NCBI RefSeq assembly: GCF_001194135.2 | Contig: NC_068981.1 | Span: 22,534,472 to 22,598,471, forward strand | Origin: Octopus bimaculoides | Taxonomy: Eukaryota | DNA length: 64,000 nt | Direction of reading: 5' to 3' | Part shown: piece after piece, positions 24,570-35,301 of the stretch | Numbering within the stretch: the first letter of the stretch is position 1 | How the letters are laid out: each line of letters starts with the position of its first letter | Translations under genes and position numbers: made by a program | Notes under the pieces: model-generated | The model's database searches: none | Told to the model about the DNA's origin: nothing | The model's input: the letters and a program-made list of their open reading frames with translations, nothing else

Positions 24570-26240
24570 TCCGCCATACATACACATCACATGTCTGTAT
24601 CAGCACAGTCTTCTTTCTTGCATATAGCATAATATTCCTCTAGTGTCCTTCTTCACTTTCAGTTTATTTGTGTTTTATCACTAATGTACACTGAGATAAC
24701 ACATGCAGCAGAGAAAGAATGCTTGCTTTATTTTTTTCTTGCCTTCACAACACTTCCACATTCAAAGCTCATATCTTGTTTCCCTGCAACATTGCTCTTT
24801 GTACACATTGTGTTGTCTCCTTTTACTCTGAGGGAGAAATCTTTATATTTTTTTATCAGAGGGAGTAGTTGCATGCTGAAATTTTTCTACCCAGTTCTTA
24901 CTCTGGTTATTATATTTTCAGAACTTTTTTCTCCTCTCTTAAATACATAGCAAAAACTATCAACTTCTTCTGGAAAACCTACTAAGGAAAATATTTCATG
25001 TATTGGCCTGACTCTCCATCAGTTACAATAATGAGGATTCCAGTTGATCTAATCAATGGAACAGACTGCTCACAAAATTAATGTACAAGTGGCTGAGCAC
25101 TCCTCAGACATGTGTATCCTTAACGTAGTTCTCAGGGAGATTCGGCATGACACAGAATGTGATAAGATTGGCCCTTTGAATTACAGGTACAACTCATTTT
25201 TGCTAGCTGAGTAGACTGGAGCAACTTGAAATAAAGTGACTTGCTCAAGGGCACAATGTGCTACCAGAAATTGAACTCACAACCCTATTATTGTGAACCA
25301 AATATCCTAACCACTTACTCATCTGCCATGCATAAAGTCTTCCTTCTCTGTTGGTTTGTCTGTGGTCCCAAAACTCCTTGTGTGTCCATAGTTTTATATT
25401 GGTACAATGTATAGGATTCATACCTTTCTGTATTTATGCATTAAGCACAACCATTTGACTAATGATTGTAGGGTCCTGTTTCCTTTCCTACTTTAGTAAT
25501 ACTTTAGTCTTTTCTAAGTTTACTTTGCAGCCATTTGATTCTAGGTCTCCATCAGCACACTGGAGTTCTCAAAAAACAGCCAGTCTTAGATTCCTCTATT
25601 ATGGCCTTGGAATCTATCATAAATAGGAGGAGGCTAAAAACTGAACCCTGAATGATTCTTACATGTACACTAAATTCAGTGCTATACCCATACCAATTGT
25701 CCCTTTTTTAACAGCACCTTCGTACATGGTTTGTACAGTCTTCACAAGTTATTTACCTATTCTTAATTTCCTTAAAACCTACTTAGACTACAGAACATGG
25801 AGGCTCGTCAAAAGTTCTCTATAGGTTAAAGTATATTAGGTATAAGGGCTTACTCCTAGTGGAGTGCTACTTCTGCAATTGTCTCTTTAGGAAGATGGTA
25901 TCAATTGTATATATTCCTGGCATTTCATCTAGGCTAATTCTGTTCCTAATCAATAATACTGTAACTCTTTCTGTAACTTTGATATGATGGGCCATCAATT
26001 TTATGGTTCTATGATTGCCTCTCTCTGGTGCTTTGGCCTGATGAGAATATTGCTTTGCCAATCATCGGATATGATACTTTCATGTTCTACAATGTGAATG
26101 ATGAGCATGTGATCTATTTTACCAAATTATTTAAGCATTTCAGTGACAAGTCCCTGCATTCATATCCTTGTATACGGTCACAGTATCTAGTATACTGGTA
26201 TCCTTCTACTCTCTATTGTAGTGTGATCATACTGCTATTT
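24570..26240 (-). pseudogene. RTE-clade LINE RT relic, interrupted by a SINE
   Basis: GLVTEMLK...HESIISDDWQSNI...RGNHRTIKLMAHHIKVTERVTVLLIRNRISLDEM...KPLYLIYF...IQGSVFSLLLFMI...KVNLEKTKV...KLWTHK...EVDSFCY...FSLRVKG; many stops and frameshifts. Confidence 0.85.
25010..25325 (-). mobile_element. SINE family H inserted in the RTE relic
   Basis: Reverse complement aligns along its length with 57953-58279 (CCTTGAGCAAGTCACTTTATTTC...GAGAACTACGTTAAGG...GGAATCCTC). Confidence 0.85.
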
Positions 26241-29198
26241 AATGTAATAATACTGTTGTCTGTTATGTGTAACCATCTTGTTATGTCATATTGGGAATAT
26301 ACTACTATCTATCAATATTATTATTAATAACCACTGATTTTCATATAGAATCCAACTTCAGATTTAGTAGCAATCTCCTTGAATAAAATATCTACTTCAA
26401 GTCACTATTGTCCAGTCAGTGGTACATGATATTGAACTATGAACATATTCAATCACTTATACACTGTAATTATATCCAACCAGCCATTGAAGTGCCTCTG
26501 CACTGTCATCCAACCTGCGATAAAATACCCAAATCTCCTCAAATCAGATCACACTGTTGTAAAGGATGAACACATTGAACAATGTACTCTTAGATATATA
26601 AAATGTCAGGGTGTTCATGGCCTGCAGTCTTTTAATTGTAGGATTGGTTTCACCAGGGCTGATCAGGGACTAAAAAAACAATTATATCAAGTTTTGCTAC
26701 TAATTGGTAGTATTTAGCTATTTTCATAAAGTACCCAGCTAAAAGATATTAAATATTAAATAACTTTATGATAATATCCACCCTTTCAGACATATAAAAA
26801 AAAAATCAATCAACTTAGATATTCAATTTGGTATGCAGCCTGTAAGATGAAATATCTAACTACCATGTTTTATAATTGAGTTACTTGGATACAATACCAA
26901 GCTGCTTAGTTATACAATATCCAAATACAATAATATGTTCAGTATCCATTTAATCCATACTAGCATGGATTGGAGGCGTCTGTAGCCTATAGCATTCCTT
27001 CTCTATAGTTGTCTTCATTCCTTTCTCACTTCCTTCTTTTTTGCATTGTAGTATCCAGTTAAAATATCTCTCTGACATATCCTAGATTTAGGAAGAGCCT
27101 TGAGATATTGATTTTTCTAACTTAAACAAAAGACCCCCATATTTGGCTGGAAGAGGAAGTAGTTTATAGCGATCCCAATACTTCATGAGTGTTTATTTTA
27201 TTGACCCCTAAAAGAATGAAAAGTAAAGTCAACTTTAGTGGGGTTCAAGCAAGGAACATAAAGTGACACAACTAAATACTTCAAAGCATTTTTTATCCAA
27301 TAGTTTACCAATTCTGCCAATCCAATTCCTGCTAGCTAAATAAATATTTATAGATAAAAACCTGCTACTTATGATAGCCTACCATTTATGGAATGGTATC
27401 AAATTAATGGAATGATGTATCTCACTCGCATGATACAGAATTGAGCTGCTTGGATACAACATGAAGCATCATAGATCATTATCTGATGACTGAACTAAAA
27501 TATGCATGTATTTAGAATATTGAGTAGTGGAGATAAAATATCAAAATACTAATTTATAATGATATCCCCATAATGATACAGGCATGGCTGTGTGGTTAAG
27601 AAGTTAACTTTTCAAGCACACAGTTTGGGGTTCAATCTAACTGTAGGGTACCTTGAGCCTAGGTAAATGTTTTTCTACTGGAGTTTCAAGTTGACTACTG
27701 CCTTTTTAGTGAAATTTGGTAGATGGAAACTGTATGGAAGCCTGTGTATGCATACATGTATGTATCTTTCCTTGTGTCTTCATATTAGCATTGTTTGAAT
27801 AGCAATGGCAATGATATTCATGTCCCATTTAAAGAAAAGGTTTAGTAGTTCAGTGGTTGACACATCAAGAGATGAAGTAGAAAAAAAAATAAAAGCCATT
27901 CTTGAAAATGGGTCTGACATCAGGAAGGATTTGTAGCCATAGGAAACATCCTCAAAAAATCTTGTCCAACCCATGCCAGCATAGATGTAAAATTATTGTG
28001 GTGTAATGTCTTCAAAACTTTTACAATGTGAGAAGATAACTTTCCTTTGGGGTACGGTTATTAGTTTGCTTAACTTCAGTGGCTTATCTTTCGATATATT
28101 CCATTTGGAACAACAAAAACAAGCCTCCCTTTAGTCTTATTGTGGACATGACACTTTCTTAATGATGGTGTCAAGGGAAAAGCATTCGGTGCACTCAATA
28201 CCATTCTGTAGCTACCATTAAGAAAGACATCTTGCTGTAGAAACTAAGCCCAGAAACAGTATTCCAACCCATCTAAATGTGCAGTGCTGCAAATATGCTT
28301 TGACTTAAACTCTGGACTTAAAATGATGGATGATGATGATGGTAATGTTGATAGAATTAAATTGATTCATTAAAAATGAAGCAACTTGAAATTATAAATT
28401 CAGATGGAAATATTCACAAATTTTCGTTTTCATCTCAAACATACAAACAACATAATTGAAGTAAAATAGCTTTAATCTGAATTTGATCTGGGAGTCATAC
28501 TCATTGCTTAGGGAATCACGATGTGATGGGTAGCAGATTCTCTTTATACTTTGCCAAATGAGGGAACTGCAAGACACTTAGTGTCTTGGTTTGCTGAATA
28601 ACCTTCACAATGAATATTATTACAGTGGGCGTGGTTTGTGCAGAGCAAGTCCCACTCTCTCATCCTTCTGACTTGTATTGATTTAGTACTACAAATGCCA
28701 CAAGCCAAGTAGTCATCAGAATGAGGATTTTTGTCGAGTTTCTTTCTCTTAGATGAATAGCTGAAGAGCTGAGGGACCTCCTCTGCCCTTGGTCCTTCAG
28801 GGAATCCATGAGTGGCCTTTTAGTGGTAATTCTGCAACATGCTAATTAACCCATAGCTGAGATACTAACAGATGCTACTACTATGGGTCAGAGTAGATCT
28901 GGGAACAATAGTGGCTAAGAGGTGATCCCACATCTTCAAAAACCTGGAAGTCCTGAACCAGGGCCCACACAACTGGATGCAGTTTAAGGTCATACTTTCA
29001 GCTTAGAGAATCAGAATGATGATATATAAACTAGTGAAAAGAAATGGTAATGAGATGAAGAATAATATGAAATTGCCATTTTTATCTCATTCTTCAGAAA
29101 TAACAAAGAATGGAAGCTATGATGAAACAAATCACTGCAAGACTATATTGAAACATAATCACACGGTCCTCCATCCCAAATAGACATAAAATGTACAA

Positions 29199-29364
29199 AC
29201 CCACTACACTCTCTGAGTGGTTGGCGTTAGGAAGGGCATCCAGCTGTAGAAACTCTGTCAAATCAGATTGGAGCCTGGTGTAGCCATCTGGTTTCACCAG
29301 TCCTCAGTCAAATCGTCCAACCCATGCTAGCATGGAAAGCGGACGTTAAACGATGATGATGATG
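29199..29364 (+). mobile_element. 5'-truncated RTE LINE 3' end, family A
   Basis: ACCCACTACACTCTCTGAGTGGTTGGCGTTAGGAAGGGCATCC...GGACGTTAAACGATGATGATGATG. Confidence 0.92.
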
Positions 29365-29419
29365 AATTGGCAGCTTTGTCTCAGCAATTGTGTCAAAACC
29401 AAAATTACAGATGCTTTGT

Positions 29420-29689
29420 AGAGAAGGTATTAGGAATGTAAATAGAATGAAATGGCTTCAGTTGATAATTGCAATTAAAGTTTGAATGATTTGCACTACT
29501 TTGGTTCTAATTAATTTTGAAAATAATGAAGAATTTAGTGAAATATCAGTAATTATTAAGCTGGTGTTTAGAACATAAATTAACAAGAAATTATGATGAA
29601 AATCTTTAATTTAAATCACTTTAAAATAGAAAGGTTTATATGATAGGGCCAAGAGCAATCTCTGTGGATTTGGTAACAAAAGGATTGAA
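29420..29689. mobile_element. Decayed AT-rich repeat, family F (piggyBac-like ends inferred)
   Basis: TTTTGAAAATAATGAAGAATTTAGT...AAGCTGGTGTTTAGAACATAAATT is shared with 35640-35865, 53400-53605 and 56509-56717; copies end in degenerate AAAGGGTTAA. Confidence 0.55.
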
Positions 29690-31681
29690 CAACCATAACA
29701 TTGGTGGTTTCTTAGCTTTATACCATACAGTCTTAGAGTTATTATCAAAGGAAAATGATATTCTTCTATATTCATACCTTTCCTGGAGATATTAGTGAGA
29801 TAGGAAATTTTAGAGTTCTATGAGAAGACAAAACTAAGTTAAGGAGCAGTAAATAAAGAATTCACAAAACAAGGGTAGAACTGATTTATTCAAAGATTAG
29901 CATCAGTGGCAAGCTATTGTGTCGATACTCACCCACTACATCTCACATATAAAACATTAGTGGCAGCAACATTGATAGTAATGGTAATAAGAGCTGCAAC
30001 ATTAGTTTTCTTTGACACACTAACTTCATTATAGTGAGCTGTTCTTATCAATAGCCTCATAAATTACTACTATGTATTCCAGTTGTATTGGTATTTCTTC
30101 AGAATATCTTGTATCATAGATATAAAGATATTGGATATACTATGATTGCTAGAGTATAAAATAAACCAAAGAGCTAAAGGCACATTGGAATATATAAAGT
30201 TCTATCTTTACAAGAGTGTTTGGAGAGGGAGGGGAAAAATGTATTTTCCAATTACATTTATTGAAGTAAATAATTCCATGTATTAAAAGATACAATGGAA
30301 TTTCGAGATATATATTTTGGAGTAAACAAAATTCTGTCTAATATACTGCCAAATATGGTACAATTCGTTTTAGTTTAATCTTGTTTTACTTACAGATGAG
30401 AACAAAAATGATAAAAATAAAACGTTGATTTTGATGGAATTTTCTAAGATATTCTTTAAGAACAATCACTTGAATTGTGACATTTAAATCTCACATATCA
30501 TCCTCTTCACATAGTCTTCATCCTCACCACCTCCCTCACTCTGTTAGATGTTCTCTCTCNNNNNNNNNNNNNNNNNNNNNNNNNNNNNNNNNNNNNNNNN
30601 NNNNNNNNNNNNNNNNNNNNNNNNNNNNNNNNNNNNNNNNNNNNNNNNNNNNNNNNNNNNNNNNNNTACAAAAACAGTATTGGTAAAAAAAAATCAGTAA
30701 GTAAACATATATATATAAAATCAATTAGTAAACCTATATATATATATATCAAATGGATGTCTTATAAAACTTTTCCGCACATACAATAACAGCCATACCA
30801 ACAATCCAACATACCTCCATCATCAGCTGCCCCACGGATATCACTATGGTTTCAACACCTGGGCAGTACCATTCTATCTGGCAGTGTCAACAGCACTAAA
30901 ATAAGTATTGTTTGGAAACAAGCATACTTTACATATGACCACATTCATTCAATCTTAACTCTAGGAAGGATTAAACACTAACTTTATTAATTAAACTACA
31001 ACAAAGAAACACATTTACCCTATGTACAAAAACAGTATTGGTAAAAAAAAATCAGTAAGTAAACATATATATATAAAATCAATTAGTAAACCTATATATA
31101 TATATATAAGCAAAGCTGTGTGGTTAAGAAGTTTGCTTCCTAACCATGTAGTATCAGATTCAGTTCAAGTGTGTGGCACCTTGGGCAAAGGTCTTCTATA
31201 GCCCCAGAATGACCAAAACCTTGTGAGTGGATTCAGTAGACAGAAACTGAAAGCCCTACGTGTGTGTGTTTGTATCTACATTGTATAATTGTAAATGAGT
31301 GTTACCATCATGCAAGGGGTGCTATTCATTTCCAATATTCTGCGAAAAACATGTTCTACCTTCCTTGGAAACAGGCACAGGTTGGTGACAGGATGGGCAC
31401 CAGACTGGAGAAAATCTATCTTAATGAATTTTCTCCCTCACATGCAAGTGTGTCAACAATGAGTGACAGAGGAATGGGTAATGCAAAGATGGGTGATAAT
31501 AATAAAGATAAAAATGATGTATGTTGATAAAGAATGATAGAGGAGAGAGATTGATGGGAAAGTGAGAATGTGTGATAGTTAGTAATAGATGATAGGGTGA
31601 CTGAATATGGACAATGCCACCTCATTACACAGGTGATATAGTATGGTGATAGGAAAGAAGGTGACAGAAAGATAAGGTATG

Positions 31682-32027
31682 AAAGAGAGGATTAGGGAAG
31701 CAGATGGGCTTAAGAATATAATGGGTGAATGATCCAAATGCAGATATTAAAAGTATTGGGGCACTAGATGAACTTGAGAATATAATGGATGAGTGACTCA
31801 AATGCAGATATGAAAGAGGATTAGGGCAGTAGATGAGCTTAAGAATATAATGGGTAAGTGACTCAAATACAGATAAGAGAGGATTATGGAAGTAGATGAG
31901 CTTAACATAATGGGTAAGTGACCCAAATGCAGATATGAAAGCGAGAATTAAGGCAGTAGATGGGATTAAGAATATAATGGGTGAGTGACCCAAATGCAGG
32001 TATGAAAGAGAGGATTAGGGCAGTAGA
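31682..32027. repeat. Degenerate minisatellite, 60-67-bp unit, about 5.5 copies
   Basis: Recurrent CAGATATGAAAGAGGATTAGGGCAGTAGATGAGCTTAAGAATATAATGGGTAAGTGACYCAAATG; anchor CAG at 31741, 31805, 31870, 31930 and 31997. Confidence 0.9.
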
Positions 32028-32150
32028 CCTATGACAAAAAACATTAAAACCTGCATTATCTCATTCTTTTGGTTTTTGGTTGGGTGGAAGATATTTTAAG
32101 CTACATTATCTGACGTATTTGTTCTGTTTTTTTTTTTAAAGATGAGAGTT

Positions 32151-32306
32151 CGTTGCCAGTGCCCCTGGACTGGCTCTTGTGCGGGTGACACATGAAATGT
32201 TTCGAGCGGGATCGTTGCCAGTGCCCCTGGACTGGCTCATGTACGGGTGACACATGAAATGTTTCGAGCGGGATCATTTGCTAGTGCCCCTGAACTGGCT
32301 CATGTG
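32151..32306 (+). repeat. 62-bp tandem repeat derived from a family A internal module (2.5 copies, cut by a gap)
   Basis: CGTTGCCAGTGCCCCTGGACTGGCTC...GTTTCGAGCGGGAT at 32151, 32213 and 32275. Confidence 0.9.
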
Positions 32307-32657
32307 NNNNNNNNNNNNNNNNNNNNNNNNNNNNNNNNNNNNNNNNNNNNNNNNNNNNNNNNNNNNNNNNNNNNNNNNNNNNNNNNNNNNNNATGGAAGT
32401 AGATGAGCTTAACATAATGGGTAAGTGACCCAAATGCAGATATGAAAGCGAGAATTAAGGCAGTAGATGGGATTAAGAATATAATGGGTGAGTGACCCAA
32501 ATGCAGGTATGAAAGAGAGGATTAGGGCAGTAGACCTATGACAAAAAACATTAAAACCTGCATTATCTCATTCTTTTGGTTTTTGGTTGGGTGGAAGATA
32601 TTTTAAGCTACATTATCTGACGTATTTGTTCTGTTTTTTTTTTTAAAGATGAGAGTT

Positions 32658-32928
32658 CGTTGCCAGTGCCCCTGGACTGGCTCTTGTGTGGGTGGCACAT
32701 AAAAGACACCATTTCGAGCGTGGCCGTTTTCGTGCGGGTGACATGTAAAAGCACCCACTACACTCTCTGAGTGGTTGGCGTTAGGAAGGGCATCCAGCTG
32801 TAGAAACTCTGCCAAATTAGATTGGAGCCTGGTGTTGCCATCCGGTTTCACCAGTCCTCAGTCAAATCGTCCAACCCATGCTAGCATGGAAGGCGGACGT
32901 TAAATGATGATGATGATGATGATGATGA
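32658..32928 (+). mobile_element. RTE LINE 3' end, family A
   Basis: Two internal modules, conserved 3' motif and (GAT)n tail. Confidence 0.92.
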
Positions 32929-33924
32929 GGTGTGATTAGAAGGAGAGTAGGTTGCTATTTCTAAAAGTTTAAATGATCACATAGAAGCTCATCTCCATCA
33001 TGATGTTATGCACCATCATGATTTGGTGCATAACACCCTCCAGCAATTTAAACTGATGCAATTCAGAGTGATGTGTTTTGCTCAGAAACACCAGTCTCAG
33101 TTCTGACACTTGTATTCACATACCAGTTGATTGAAATCTCATGTATTGATGACATTGGTCTAATTTTAAAAGTAATGAAATGAAACAGAATGAAAATAAT
33201 CATCTGTTACATTATTGGTTATGTCAGTGAATACATGTATGTATGTATGTGTGTTTATATTGACTAACTGTCCAATCAATAAAACCTATACAAAAATTTG
33301 ATGTTGTGGAGTATATATGACTTCAGGGCAAGATGTTTTGAAGAACTCACATATAAATCTTATTAACGAATATTCAACTTGTTTTATAAAACTGACACTC
33401 GAAAATTACCTCTGGCCAAGCAAAAGCTGACAGTCTCAAACAGTTTCATAGATGAAATGAAATATATATTTAAAAGCTAAAAAAATTTACAAAAAATTGT
33501 ATATAGAAATGAACAATTGCATATAAAAGCGGCTGTGTGGTAAGAAATTCAATTTGCAACAATGTGGTTCTGAGTTCAGTCTCTTTATATGGCACTTTGG
33601 GCAGTTTAGCATCTTTTACTATTGCCATAGGCCAACCCAAAGACTGTACAAAGCCCATTGTAGATATGTGAAAATGTTTACGTTCAGCAATCATATGAAC
33701 TTTGATCAGTGTTTTTCATTGTTATTTCTCCATCAACAATTTGTCCTGTAGCTCTGTGCTTTTGAAGATGAACAGAATAAAAAACTTTCTTGCTTGAAAA
33801 ACAGATAAAGGTTAGCAGTTGAAAAAGCTGTAAAATACAATTTCTGTATTTATCCAACTCATGCTAGCATAGAAAGAAATGGCATAAAATATCAAGTTTG
33901 TGCACACATACACATCTGTGTATG

Positions 33925-33959
<35 letters not shown>

Positions 33960-34299
33960 CTGATTGTGACCTAACACTCCATTGTACCCCTAGTGTGAAA
34001 CTGATTGGTAGAATTAGCTGTAAATGGATGTACAATACTGTACGCTTCAGATAATGTGTGTGTGTGTGTGAGCTGTTGTGATTAAGAAGTTTCCAAACCA
34101 CATGGCTTTGGATTCAGGCCCACTGTATGGTATCTTGAGCATGTGTCTTTTACTGCAGCCTTCAAGCCAACCAAAGCCATGTGAATGGATTTGGTGAACA
34201 GAAGCTGAAAGAAACCCATCATATATATGTGTGTGTATGGCTCCCCCTCTCTCTCTTTCTCTCTATCTCGCTCTCTCTCTCTCTCTCTCTCTCTCCCTC

Positions 34300-34336
<37 letters not shown>

Positions 34337-34492
34337 ATCTTTCTCTCTTATTTGACATCAGGGGACAATTGTAATTAAATGTCACTATCATGCAAGCAGT
34401 CTCCTGCATTTCTGATCATCCATCTAACCAAATCCATCCACAGGGAGATACTATGTTGCTTGGAAATAGATGAAGGTTGGCAACAGTTAGGG

Positions 34493-35301
34493 CATCATCA
34501 TCATCATCATCATCATTGTTTAATGTCCGCTTTCCATGCTAGCATAAGTTGGATGATTTGATTGAGGACTGGTAAACCAGATAGCTGCACCAGGCTCCAA
34601 TCTGATCTGGCAGAGTTTCTACAGATGGATGCCCTTCCTAACGCCAACCACTCCGGGAGTGTAGTGGATGCTTTTACATGCCACTGGCATGAGGGCCAGT
34701 CAGGCGGTACTGGCAACGGCCACACTCAAATGGTGTTTTTTACATGCCACCTGCACAGGAGCCAGTCCAGTGGCACTGGCAGCGACCTTGCTTGAATGTC
34801 TTTTCACGTGCCAGTAAGGCGACACTGGTAACGATCACGCAAAATGATGCTTTTTACATGCCACCGGCATGGAAGCCAGACAGCTGCTCTGGCAATGATC
34901 ACACTCGGACAGTGTTGTTAGCGTTCCACTGGCACAGGTGCCAGTCATTGAATTTGGTTCAATTTCGACTTCGATTTCATTTGCCCCAACAGGTCTTCAC
35001 AAGCAGAGTTTAGTGTCCAATGAAGGAAAGGTTGGCATGAGTGCCAGTCGTCAAATTTGGTTCGACTTCGATTTCGATTTCACTTGCCTCAACAGGTCTT
35101 TGCAAGCAGAGTTTAGTGTCCAATGAAGGAAAGGTACGCATAAGTGGTCTTAGCTAGGTTGACTCTAAGGCCCTTCGATTCTAATCCTTGCTTTCACACC
35201 TGAAACTTCTCCTCCAGTTCTGATAGTGACTCAGCAATTAGAGCAAGGTAATCAGCATAGAGGAGCTCCCAGGGGCATCCTGTCTTGAATTCCTCTGTTA
35301 T
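34493..35301 (-). mobile_element. Internally deleted RTE LINE: RT core fragment fused to the full 3' UTR (family A)
   Basis: 35301-35145 translates ITEEFKTGCPWELLYADYLALIAESLSELEEKFQV*KQGLESKGLRVNLAKT, joined at CCA to CCACTTATGCGTACC..., then modules and (GAT)n tail. Confidence 0.93.

Noticed and set aside
31416-31993. Hydrophobic ORFs as membrane proteins
   Set aside because: Antisense read-through of a purine-rich minisatellite.
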